Shown here one piece after another: positions 50,995 to 61,668 of a stretch of 64,000 bases of DNA. The notes under the pieces are model-generated. The model saw nothing but the letters and a program-made list of their open reading frames with translations. It was not told the origin of the DNA and did not search any database. Source of the DNA: Octopus sinensis (lineage: Eukaryota); assembly GCF_006345805.1 (NCBI RefSeq), contig NW_021832861.1:1-64000 (forward strand). The letters run 5' to 3'. Made by a program: the position numbers and the translations under genes. The first letter of the stretch is position 1; each line of letters begins with the position of its first letter.

Positions 50995-53155
50995 CTGATT
51001 CGCATATATGATAAGGAAAGCGGGCACCTCCATTCTATGAGGTGTCACGCAGGTAAATGCGATGGCAGTGCATTTAGAGCACCTGCCCCTAGTCCGGCTC
51101 TAGTCTCCTTTGATTGTGACCACTGCAGCCGTTCTTTTTTGACGGCCGTAGGTCGATCGCAGCACATTCAACATAATCATCCTGTAGTGGCAAATGCCCG
51201 CAGGATTGCTGCTCGCTTAAAGCAAATTGCGAAAAAACGTGCCGATCGGGCAGCCGCTGCTGAGGCAATAGGCCAAAGACGCAGGGGCTGTTGGTCCGAC
51301 GAAGAAGTAGCGGTCCTCGTTGAAAAGGAGTCTGAGCTGAAGATGATAGGGGTAAAGCAGATCAATGCAGGCATTGCACGGTTCCTACCGGGAAAAACAG
51401 CCAAACAGGTAGGATCGAAAAGGGCTGACCTGGCCAAAAGGGTTCATAAGAGTCATCAAGGGTCAGAGCAGTCCGCGACCAATACCCAATCACAAATCGG
51501 GGGAGAACCCCAGTCTAGTTTTGACTGGAAGGATCGCTTCCTCAATGCTGCATGTCCCAGGCATACCCGCTGGTCTGCAGTCTTCTCCGAGGCCCTTTTG
51601 GAACTCGTGGAAGATGGGACAGCGATTGTTTGGGACTCATTTGAGAAAACTATAGAGGACTGGGTGGAGCACTATGAATCGCGTAGGGAAGTTACCAACA
51701 ACAGGAGAAATTTAGCTAGTGATAGAAACACACCGAATACGTGTAACTTTAGGCCTAGGCGTCGGGATAATCGTCAAGCTTATGCCCGACATCAAGATTT
51801 ATTCAGAAAGAATAGGAAGAAGCTCCTTGCAGTTGTTAGGTGAAAACAGGGAGCAGGAATGCCCTATTCCAATCTATTCAATAGAGGAATTCTATAAGAG
51901 CAGGCTTTCCGCTCCAGGCCCTGGGGTGGATCTGAAGAACTACCCTTCCTCCTCCCAGGTTGAGAACGACTCCATTTTGAGTCCGTTATCCGTGGAGGAG
52001 ATTAAGGTAAGTAGGAAGCAAATGAAGATCTCCTCAGCGGCGGGTCCAGATGGCATCACTATAGGTGAAATCAAAGCAATGGACCCAGCTGTTCTAACTA
52101 ATATATGCAACTGCATGTTGCTGGCGGGTAAAGTACCCGAGATCCTGAAGCGGGGGAAGTCGATTCTATTACCCAAGAAATCAGACGACTCATACGATCT
52201 TGCTAATTGTCGGCCAATCACGATATGTTCTGCGGTATATCGTTTATTTTCAAAGATGGTCGCCAAACGCATGCTTCAGGTAACTCCCCTAAATCAAAGT
52301 CAACGTGGCTTTATTCGCGCGGACGGCTGCAGTGAGAACTCTTTTCTCCTACGACAACTCGTCACTCGCGCGATGGGGAGGCCAGCACGACTGAGAATAC
52401 CGCGGCTGGAGGTTGCCTTCTTAGATCTCTCCAAGGCCTTCGACACAGTCTCGCACTCGTTGGTGTATGCGGGACTGCGGAGACTTGGGTTCCACGAACA
52501 CATAATAGCGCTCGTGGAGGGGATCTACGAAGGTAACACTACCAGATTCTCAGTCGATGGGCAACTGAGTTCACCTATTGAGATTCGTCGAGGTGTTAGG
52601 CAGGGGGACGCGCTCTCGCCGATCCTCTTTAACATTGCAACTGACCCACTGCTAGATGTGTTATCCGGCTGTGGGGATTTGCAGGTTGACGGGATCCGGA
52701 TGGATGGAATCGCGTACGCCGACGACATGGCCCTAGTTGCGAAATCGCGTGAGGGGCTCCAGGCTCTTATGGATAGATGCCTGGAGTTCTATAGCGCGGT
52801 TGGACTGGGGCTTAATGTCGTGGTGTGCGTGATTCTCCATTCGCGGCTCAGGCAAGTCCTACCTCGTCAATGATAGCACCCCGCCGATGATTAATGGGAT
52901 CACTATCAAAAAGGTAGAACCAGGGGATAAGGTATTATATCTTGGTGTTAGCATCCCTACGTGGACTTCAATCTCTAGTCGGGAGTTTGACTTAAATTCA
53001 GTGGAGCAGGTGTCACTGGACATTGATAAAATGTGCAGGGCTCCGCTGAAACCCCGACAAAAATTCCTCTTGCTTCAAAGTTATTACCTGCCTAGACTTT
53101 TTTACAGTCTGGTGCAGTCTTTGCCGTCAAGGGGGATATTAGAGAAGCTTGACAC
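50995..53155 (+). mobile_element. R2: R2 array unit 1 (5'-truncated within ZF2, 3'-truncated after RT)
   Basis: ORF pieces 50698-51843, 51719-52873, 52887-53155. Confidence 0.95.
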
Positions 53156-56100
53156 CGCTGGCCGTGCCTTAGTTTCCCTATTTGGTCTTTAATGACCCGG
53201 TTAGCTTGCTGTTATTTTTGATCAGTTGGTGGGCGGTTCTCCTCTCAAAGGGATGAAGGTCATGGCTCTATGGAGCCAATTAATAGTTGTCTGGTGCAGA
53301 TAGGGGCCGGGGGTTTTGTTGGTTATATGGATCGCCAGTTTTTCCCGTGCCGGTGTCGAGGGGCCTGTGAGTTAGGTACCCAGTTGCGGTGTTAGGGAAT
53401 AGAGCCCTTCACGGGCTGTAGATGGGGGACTGTCCGGCTCGTATAGTCGGGCTGTAGCCTCGTAGCAGTGTAGAGTGAAGGCCCTCTCGTTTGCTTCCAT
53501 TATGGGGGTGAATGCCATAGAGATGGGCGCCTTATTGGTGTTAATGTTCTAGCCGGTTGTTGTGACGGGTGGGATATAGCCGTATCTTCTATATTAGCCT
53601 AGAGCGTGTTTTATCGCCTCATTCGCCGGTTGAGGTTTCCGTAATTGGATATATCGTAGGACTTATCATAAGGTGGCTCTTTCTTGTTCACCGCTTTAGG
53701 TCTGGGGTAGATACACTCACGGGTCCCGTCTAGCCTAGACTGGTCCCCCGGATATCTTCTGGGGGAATTAGTTCTCGGAGGGGTGGCTACTTGCTTTCTG
53801 TCTCTTGATTCGGTTGGGCGGCCGTTAGGATTCTTTGGTTAGGTTAGTGGCGTAGCTTGCCGATCTTGGTGGGGTTGGCGTTGCACTTCCTTTAAGTTCA
53901 ACTTTATCGTTTCGCGGCTAGGTTCCCTAGTAAAATGCCGCCAAGAATAGTGATGTCTAACAATAATTTTAGAAACACACGGCAGCCAGGCGCCGCCAAA
54001 CTGGTGGCCTGTGAGTCCGGGATGGGGCCCCACGTCAGGCCGACCGCACAAACCAAATGCGGTTGGCCGAAAGACTACCCTCCCTTGCACGGGACAACGA
54101 GTCATCTCCGGTGCGAGTAAGTACAAGTGGCTCATTAGGCTTCAACATGACCAGTGTCGGGCGCTCTTTTTTGCGTCCGACACTGAAGTACTATAGAAAT
54201 AGGAAAGACATATTTAGTTTAAAATATAGAGAACATTCCCTGATAGTAAGAGGAGAACAACTCCCACTGGACCTAGCACATGACCCCATCGATGAAGTCC
54301 GGTTTTCGTTAGAGACGGACAGAGAGGGCGATGCTAGGGACCTCCCCAACCATTCTCTTTATTTAGAAATGGATCGAGAGGAGGAAGTGGGGGTATCAAG
54401 CCCCACTCCAGGTGGTAGAGAATTCCCTGCGCGTCTTGCTCCATAGCCTGTCCGCTATGTCCTCTTCGCTTCTCCTCCCACCATGAATGGGGGGAGCATG
54501 TTATTTGTAGACATGGTATTAGGCCTGTCTACAGATGCATTAAGTGTGATAGGGAAAGCGGTCACCTCCATTCCATGAGGTGTCACGCAAGTAAATGCGA
54601 TGGCAGTGCATTTAGAGCACCTGCCCCCAGTCCGGCTCTAGCCTCCTTTGATTGTGACCACTGTAGCCGTTCTTTTTTGACGGCTATAGGTCGATCACAG
54701 CACGTTCGGCATAAGCATCCTGTTGTGGCGAATGCCCGCAGGATTGCTGCTCGCCTTGAAGAAATAGCAAAGAAACGTGCCGATCGGGCAGCCGCTGCTG
54801 AGGCAATAGGCCAAAGACGCAGGGGCTGTTGGTCCGACGAAGAAGTAGCGGTCCTCGTCGAAAAGGAGTTTGAACTGATGAAGACAGGGGTTAAGCAAAT
54901 CAATGCAGCCATTGCACGATTCCTACCTGGTAAAACAGCTAAACAGGTGGGGTCGAAAAGGGCGGTTCTGGCCAAAAGGGCTCACAAGAGTCATCAAGGG
55001 TCAGAACAGTCCACTACCACTACCAATTCCCAATCACAAATCGGGGGAGAACCCCAGTCTAGTTCTGACTGGAGGGATCTCTTCCCCGGTTCTGCATGCC
55101 CCGGGCACACCCGCTGGTCTGCAGTCTTCTCCGAGGCCCTGTTGGAACTCGTGGAAGACGGGACAGCGATTGCTTGGGCTCATTTGAGAATGCTATAGAG
55201 GACTGGGTGGAGCACTATAAATCGCGTAGGGAAGTTACCAACAACAGGAGAAATTTAGCTAGAGATAGAAATATACCAAACACGAGTAACTTTAGGCCTA
55301 GGCGTCGGGATAAGCGTCAAGCTTATGCCCGACATCAGGATTTATTTAGGAAAATAGGAAGAAGCTCCTTGCAGTTGTGTTAGGTGAAAACAGGGAGCGG
55401 GAATACCCTATTCCAATCTATGCTATAGAGGAATTTTACAAGGGCAGGCTTTCCGCTCCAGGACCTGAGGTAGATCTGAAGAACTACCCTTCCTCCTCCC
55501 AGGTTGAGAACGACTATCTTGAGTCCATTCTCCGTGGAGGAGATTAAGGTAAGTAGGAAGACAAATGAAGATCTCCTCAGTGGCAGGTCCAGATGGTATC
55601 ACAATAGGTGAAATCAAAGCAATGGACCCAGCTGTTTTAACCAATATATGCAACTGCATGTTGCTGGCGGGTAAAGTGCCCGAGATCCTGAAGCGAGGGA
55701 AGTCGATTTTGAGACCGAAGAAATCAGACGACCCATACGATCTTGCTAATTGTCGGCCAATCACGATATGTTCTGCGGTATATCGTTTATTTTCAAAGAT
55801 GGTCGCCAAACGCATGCTTCAGGTAACTCCCCTAAATCAAAGTCAACGTGGCTTTATTTGCGCGGACGGATGTAGTGTGAACTCTTTTCTCCTACGACAA
55901 CTCGTCACTCGCGCGATGGGGAGACCAGCACGACTGAGAATACCGCGGCTGGAGGTTGCCTTCTTAGATCTCTCCAAGGCTTTCGACAGTGTCTCGCACT
56001 CTCTTGTGTATGCGGGACTGCGGAGGCTTGGATTCCACGAACACGTTTTAGTGCTCGTGGAGGGGATTTACGAAGTTAGTACTACCAGATTCTCAGTCGA

Positions 56101-56700
56101 TGGGCAGTTAAGCGAACCTATTGAGATTCGTCAAGGTGTTAGACAGGGGGACGCGCTCTCGCCGATCCTCTTTAACATTGCAACGGACCCACTGCTAGAT
56201 GTGTTATCCTGCCGTGAGGACTTGCTTGTTGAGGGGATCCGGATGGATGGAATCGCGTACGCGGACGACATGGCCCTAGTTGCGAAATCGCGCGAGGTGC
56301 TCCAGGCTCTTATGGATAGATGCCAGGAGTTCTATTGTGCTGTTGGAATGGGGCTTAATGTCGGTAAGTGTGCGTGGTTCTCCATTCGCGGCTGGGGCAA
56401 GTCCTACCTCGTCAATGATGGCACCCCGCCGATGATTAATGGGATCGCTATCAAAAAGGTAGAGCCGGGAGATAAGGTATCATATCTTGGTGTTAGCATC
56501 CCTACGTGGACTTCAATCTCTAGTCGGGAGTTTGACTTAAATTCAGTGGAGCAGGTGTCACTGGACATTGATAAAATGTGCAGGGCTCCGCTGAAACCCC
56601 GACAAAAATTCCTCTTGCTTCAAAGTTATTACCTGCCTAGACTTTTTTACAGTCTGGTGCAGTCTTTGCCGTCAAGGGGGATATTAGAGAAGCTTGACAC
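53156..56700 (+). mobile_element. R2: R2 array unit 2 (partial 5' UTR to thumb, 3'-truncated at the same junction as unit 1)
   Basis: Junction GCTTGACAC|CGCTGGCCGTGCC identical at 53156 and 56701; period 3545 bp. Confidence 0.95.
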
Positions 56701-59700
56701 CGCTGGCCGTGCCTTAGTTTCCCTATTTGGTCTTTAATGACCCGGTTAGCTTGCTGTTATTTTTGATCAGTTGGTGGGCGGTTCTCCTCTCAAAGGGATG
56801 AAGGTCATGGCTCTATGGAGCCAATTAATAGTTGTCTGGTGCAGATAGGGGCCGGGGGTTTTGGTTGGTTCAGTTATATGGATCGCCAGTTTTTCCCGTG
56901 CCGGTGTCGAGGGGCCTGTGAGTTAGGTACCCAGTTGCGGTGTTAGGGAATAGAGCCCTTCACGGGCTGTAGATGGGGGACTGTCCGGCTCGTATAGTCG
57001 GGCTGTAGCCTCGTAGCAGTGTAGAGTGAAGGCCCTCTCGTTTGCTTCCATTATGGGGGTGAATGCCATAGAGATGGGCGCCTTATTGGTGTTAATGTTC
57101 TAGCCGGTTGTTGTGACGGGTGGGATATAGCCGTATCTTCTATATTAGCCTAGAGCGTGTTTTATCGCCTCATTCGCCGGTTGAGGTTTCCGTAATTGGA
57201 TATATCGTAGGACTTATCATAAGGTGGCTCTTTCTTGTTCACCGCTTTAGGTCTGGGGTAGATACACTCACGGGTCCCGTCTAGCCTAGACTGGTCCCCC
57301 GGATATCTTCTGGGGGAATTAGTTCTCGGAGGGGTGGCTACTTGCTTTCTGTCTCTTGATTCGGTTGGGCGGCCGTTAGGATTCTTTGGTTAGGTTAGTG
57401 GCGTAGCTTGCCGATCTTGGTGGGGTTGGCGTTGCACTTCCTTTAAGTTCAACTTTATCGTTTCGGCTAGGTTCCCTAGTAAAATGCCGCCAAGAATAGT
57501 GATGTCTAACAATAATTTTAGAAACACACGGCAGCCAGGCGCCGCCAAACTGGTGGCCTGTGAGTCCGGGATGGGGCCCACACGTCAGGCCGACCGCACA
57601 AACCAAATGCGGTTGGCCGAAAGACTACCCTCCCTTGCACGGGACAACGAGTCATCTCCGGTGCGAGTAAGTACAAGTGGCTCATTAGGCTTCAACATGA
57701 CCAGTGTCGGGCGCTCTTTTTTGCGTCCGACACTGAAGTACTATAGAAATAGGAAAGGTATATTTAGTTTAAAATATAGTGATCATTCCCTGATAGTGAG
57801 AGGAGACCAACTCCCTCAGGACCTGGCACATGACCCCATCGATGAAGTCCGGTTTTCATTAGAGACGGACAGAGAGGGCGATGGTAGGGACCTCCTCAAC
57901 CATTCTCTTTATTTAGAAATGGATCGAGAGGAGGAAGTGGGGGTATCAAACCCCACTCCTAGTGGTAGAGAATTCCCTGCGCGTCTTGCTCCATAGCCTG
58001 CCCGCTATGTCCTCTGCGCTTCTCCTCCCCCCAGGATTGGGGAGAACATGTTATCTGTGGACATGGTATTAGGCCTGTCTACAGATGCATTAAGTGTGAT
58101 AGGGAAAGCGGTCACCTCCATTCCATGAGGTGTCACGCAAGTAAATGCGATGGCAGTGCATTTAGAGCACCTGCCCCCAGTCCGGCTCTAGCCTCCTTTG
58201 ATTGTGACCACTGTAGCCGTTCTTTTTTGACGGCTATAGGTCGATCACAGCACGTTCGGCATAAGCATCCTGTTGTGGCGAATGCCCGCAGGATTGCTGC
58301 TCGCCTTGAAGAAATAGCAAAGAAACGTGCAGATCGGGCAGCCGCTGCTGAGGCAATTGGCCAAAGACGCAGGGGCTGTTGGTCCGACGAAGAAGTAGCG
58401 GTCCTCGTTGAAAAGGAGTCTGAGCTGAAGATGACAGGGGTAAAGCAGATCAATGCAGGCATTGCACGATTCCTACCTGGTAAAACAGCTAAACAGGTGG
58501 GGTCGAAAAGGGCGGTTCTGGCCAAAAGGGCTCACAAGAGTCATCAAGGGTCAGAACAGTCCACTACCACTACCAATTCCCAATCACAAATCGGGGGAGA
58601 ACCCCAGTCTAGTTCTGACTGGAGGGATCTCTTCCCCGTTCTGCATGCCCGCCCCGGGCACACCCGCTGGTCTGCAGTCTTCTCCGAGGCCCTGTTGGAA
58701 CTCGTGGAAGACGGGACAGCGATTGCTTGGGCTCATTTGAGAATGCTATAGAGGACTGGGTGGAGCACTATAAATCGCGTAGGGAAGTTACCAACAACAG
58801 GAGAAATTTAGCTAGAGATAGAAATATACCAAACACGAGTAACTTTAGGCCTAGGCGTCGGGATAAGCGTCAAGCTTATGCCCGACATCAGGATTTATTT
58901 AGGAAAAATAGGAAGAAGCTCCTTGCAGTTGTGTTAGGTGAAAACAGGGAGCGGGAATACCCTATTCCAATCTATGCTATAGAGGAATTTTACAAGGGCA
59001 GGCTTTCCGCTCCAGGACCTGAGGTAGATCTGAAGAACTACCCTTCCTCCTCCCAGGTTGAGAACGACTATCTTGAGTCCATTCTCCGTGGAGGAGATTA
59101 AGGTAAGTAGGAAGACAAATGAAGATCTCCTCAGTGGCGGGTCCAGATGGTATCACAATAGGTGAAATCAAAGCAATGGACCCAGCTGTTTTAACCAATA
59201 TATGCAACTGCATGTTGCTGGCGGGTAAAGTGCCCGAGATCCTGAAGCGAGGAAGTCGATTTTGAGACCGAAGAAATCAGACGACCCATACGATCTTGCT
59301 AATTGTCGGCCAATCACGATATGTTCTGCGGTATATCGTTTATTTTCAAAGATGGTCGCCAAACGCATGCTTCAGGTAACTCCCCTAAATCAAAGTCAAC
59401 GTGGCTTTATTTGCGCGGACGGATGTAGTGTGAACTCTTTTCTCCTACGACAACTCGTCACTCGCGCGATGGGGAGACCAGCACGACTGAGAATACCGCG
59501 GCTGGAGGTTGCCTTCTTAGATCTCTCCAAGGCTTTCGACAGTGTCTCGCACTCTCTTGTGTATGCGGGACTGCGGAGGCTTGGATTCCACGAACACGTT
59601 TTAGTGCTCGTGGAGGGGATTTACGAAGTTAGTACTACCAGATTCTCAGTCGATGGGCAGTTAAGCGAACCTATTGAGATTCGTCAAGGTGTTAGACAGG

Positions 59701-61348
59701 GGGACGCGCTCTCGCCGCCGATCCTCTTTAACATTGCAACGGACCCACTGCTAGATGTGTTATCCTGCCGTGAGGACTTGCTTGTTGAGGGGATCCGGAT
59801 GGATGGAATCGCGTACGCGGACGACATGGCCCTAGTTGCGAAATCGCGCGAGGTGCTCCAGGCTCTTATGGATAGATGCCAGGAGTTCTATTGTGCTGTT
59901 GGAATGGGGCTTAATGTCGGTAAGTGTGCGTGGTTCTCCATTCGCGGCTGGGGCAAGTCCTACCTCGTCAATGATGGCACCCCGCCGATGATTAATGGGA
60001 TCGCTATCAAAAAGGTAGAGCCGGGAGATAAGGTATCATATCTTGGTGTTAGCATCCCTACGTGGACTTCAATCTCTAGTCGGGAGTTTGACTTAAATTC
60101 AGTGGAGCAGGTGTCACTGGACATTGATAAAATGTGCAGGGCTCCGCTGAAACCCCGACAAAAGTTCCTCTTGCTGCAGAGCTATTACCTGCCCAGACTG
60201 TTCTATGGTCTGGTGCAGGCTTTGCCGGCGAGAGGGACGTTAGAGATGCTTGACACGGCCATCCGCGTGGGGGCCAAGAGGATGCTACATCTTCCCTACT
60301 CTACCTCTTCTTCCTTCCTATATAGCAGCCGGCGAGATGGAGGATTAAGTCTTCACCAATTCGTGAAGCTAATACCAAAATCAGTTATTTGCCGTAACCT
60401 TCGCCTATTAACGTCTGATTATGTCTGTTAGAAAGGTTGCGGATTCTGCAGGATTAGCCGAACAGAACCAACAACTGATAGTTTCCTTCGACTTGCCGTT
60501 ACTTCCTGCGGACGCGGCCAAATACGACCCTGACATCCGGCTGGCGCACTCCCATCGATGGGCGGCCCAGCCGGTGCAGGGAATGTGTGCGGCGGCCTAC
60601 CGTGGGGATGTGATTGGCAATATTTGGATAAGTAGGCCGGGTAGGATAACGGAGAGATGCTTCTTGAGTTTACCCAAGATGCGCTCTAACGTCTATCCTA
60701 CCCGTGAAACTCTGACACGTGGACTCCGTGGTGACTCAACGTGTCCGAGATGTAGATTAGGAGCAGAGACAATATCTCACGTCAGTGGAGTCTGCGGTGC
60801 TCTTAAAGGGCCACGACTTGCCAGGCATAACAAAATTTGTGACCTGGTGGCAAAGGAAGCTGTAGACCATGGTTGAAGTGTCAGTATAGAGCCGTCTTAT
60901 ATTATAAACGGCTCTAGGCTGATACCTGACCTGGTCTTTAGTCGTCCGGAAAAGGTGGTTGTCGTTGATGTGACTATCAGATTGGAGCAGGGGGACGCCT
61001 TGAAAGAGGTTGCCCTCGAGAAAATGCGCAAATACCGTCCACTTGAACAATTGCTGTTGCAGGAGTTTAACTGGCCGGTAGAGGTGCATGGACTCCCAAT
61101 CGGTGCGTGTGGTGCCTACCAGCGAGTCTTGCACTAGATGCCTTGGGCATAAAAGATGAGTCATTTCAACGACTTCTCAGCCGGACTTCTTTAATTTATA
61201 CCTATAATATGTTGAGGGATTAGCCCTCACATAATAAGCCTATTTCCTCACCGACCCCAGCATAACAACCCTTCAGTGAAGTCCAAAGTTTTTTTTTTTT
61301 TTTTTTGGGACTGAGAGGTGGGTTTGTTGGGGACCCTGCAGTGTGTTT

Positions 61349-61391
<43 letters not shown>

Positions 61392-61668
61392 ACTTTACTG
61401 CGAGGGGTAGCTGGGCGGGTAAAGCCTAGCTTCGGTGAGGTTGAGTCCTACCTTGAAAACACTTTCTTAAGTAAAGAAATAAAAATGACTCTAAGCCCGG
61501 CCTATTGAAGGGAGAATTTTGAACTTTAGTTTACATACTAACACTTTGTTATTTGTTTCTTTTTTCGTCACTATTCTCTTTTAAAAATGGGGGAAACGGG
61601 ATACTGGCTACCGAGACAGTGGGACCACCCACTATAATAATAGGGAAGCCTCCGAAGAGGAGATTAGA
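56701..61668 (+). mobile_element. R2: R2 array unit 3 (partial 5' UTR to complete 3' end, disrupted ORF)
   Basis: 3 ZF, Myb, RT, CCHC, RLE; 3' UTR collinear with 37540-37903 ending ..ATTAGA, not followed by 28S. Confidence 0.96.
57969..58751 (+). CDS. R2 N-terminal DNA-binding region: CCHH, CCHC, CCHH zinc fingers and Myb (frame open 156 nt upstream of the first ATG)
   Basis: Manual translation: RIPCASCSIACPLCPLRFSSPQDWGEHVICGHGIRPVYRCIKCDRESGHLHSMRCHASKC..FDCDHCSRSFLTAIGRSQHVRHKH..GCWSDEE; same at 54419 and, on minus, near 41095. Confidence 0.88.
   Translation, partial: RIPCASCSIACPLCPLRFSSPQDWGEHVICGHGIRPVYRCIKCDRESGHLHSMRCHASKCDGSAFRAPAPSPALASFDCDHCSRSFLTAIGRSQHVRHKHPVVANARRIAARLEEIAKKRADRAAAAEAIGQRRRGCWSDEEVAVLVEKESELKMTGVKQINAGIARFLPGKTAKQVGSKRAVLAKRAHKSHQGSEQSTTTTNSQSQIGGEPQSSSDWRDLFPVLHARPGHTRWSAVFSEALLELVEDGTAIAWAHLRML

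Noticed and set aside
50698-51843. 381-aa apparent fusion protein
   Set aside because: The first ~100 codons are 18S rRNA read in frame by chance with the truncated R2; not evidence of a real gene.
54440-54500. Hairpins CATAGC/GCTATG and CTCCCCCCA/TGGGGGGAG first considered as a ribozyme or IRES
   Set aside because: The region encodes zinc finger 1 and lacks HDV core order; conservation is explained by coding.
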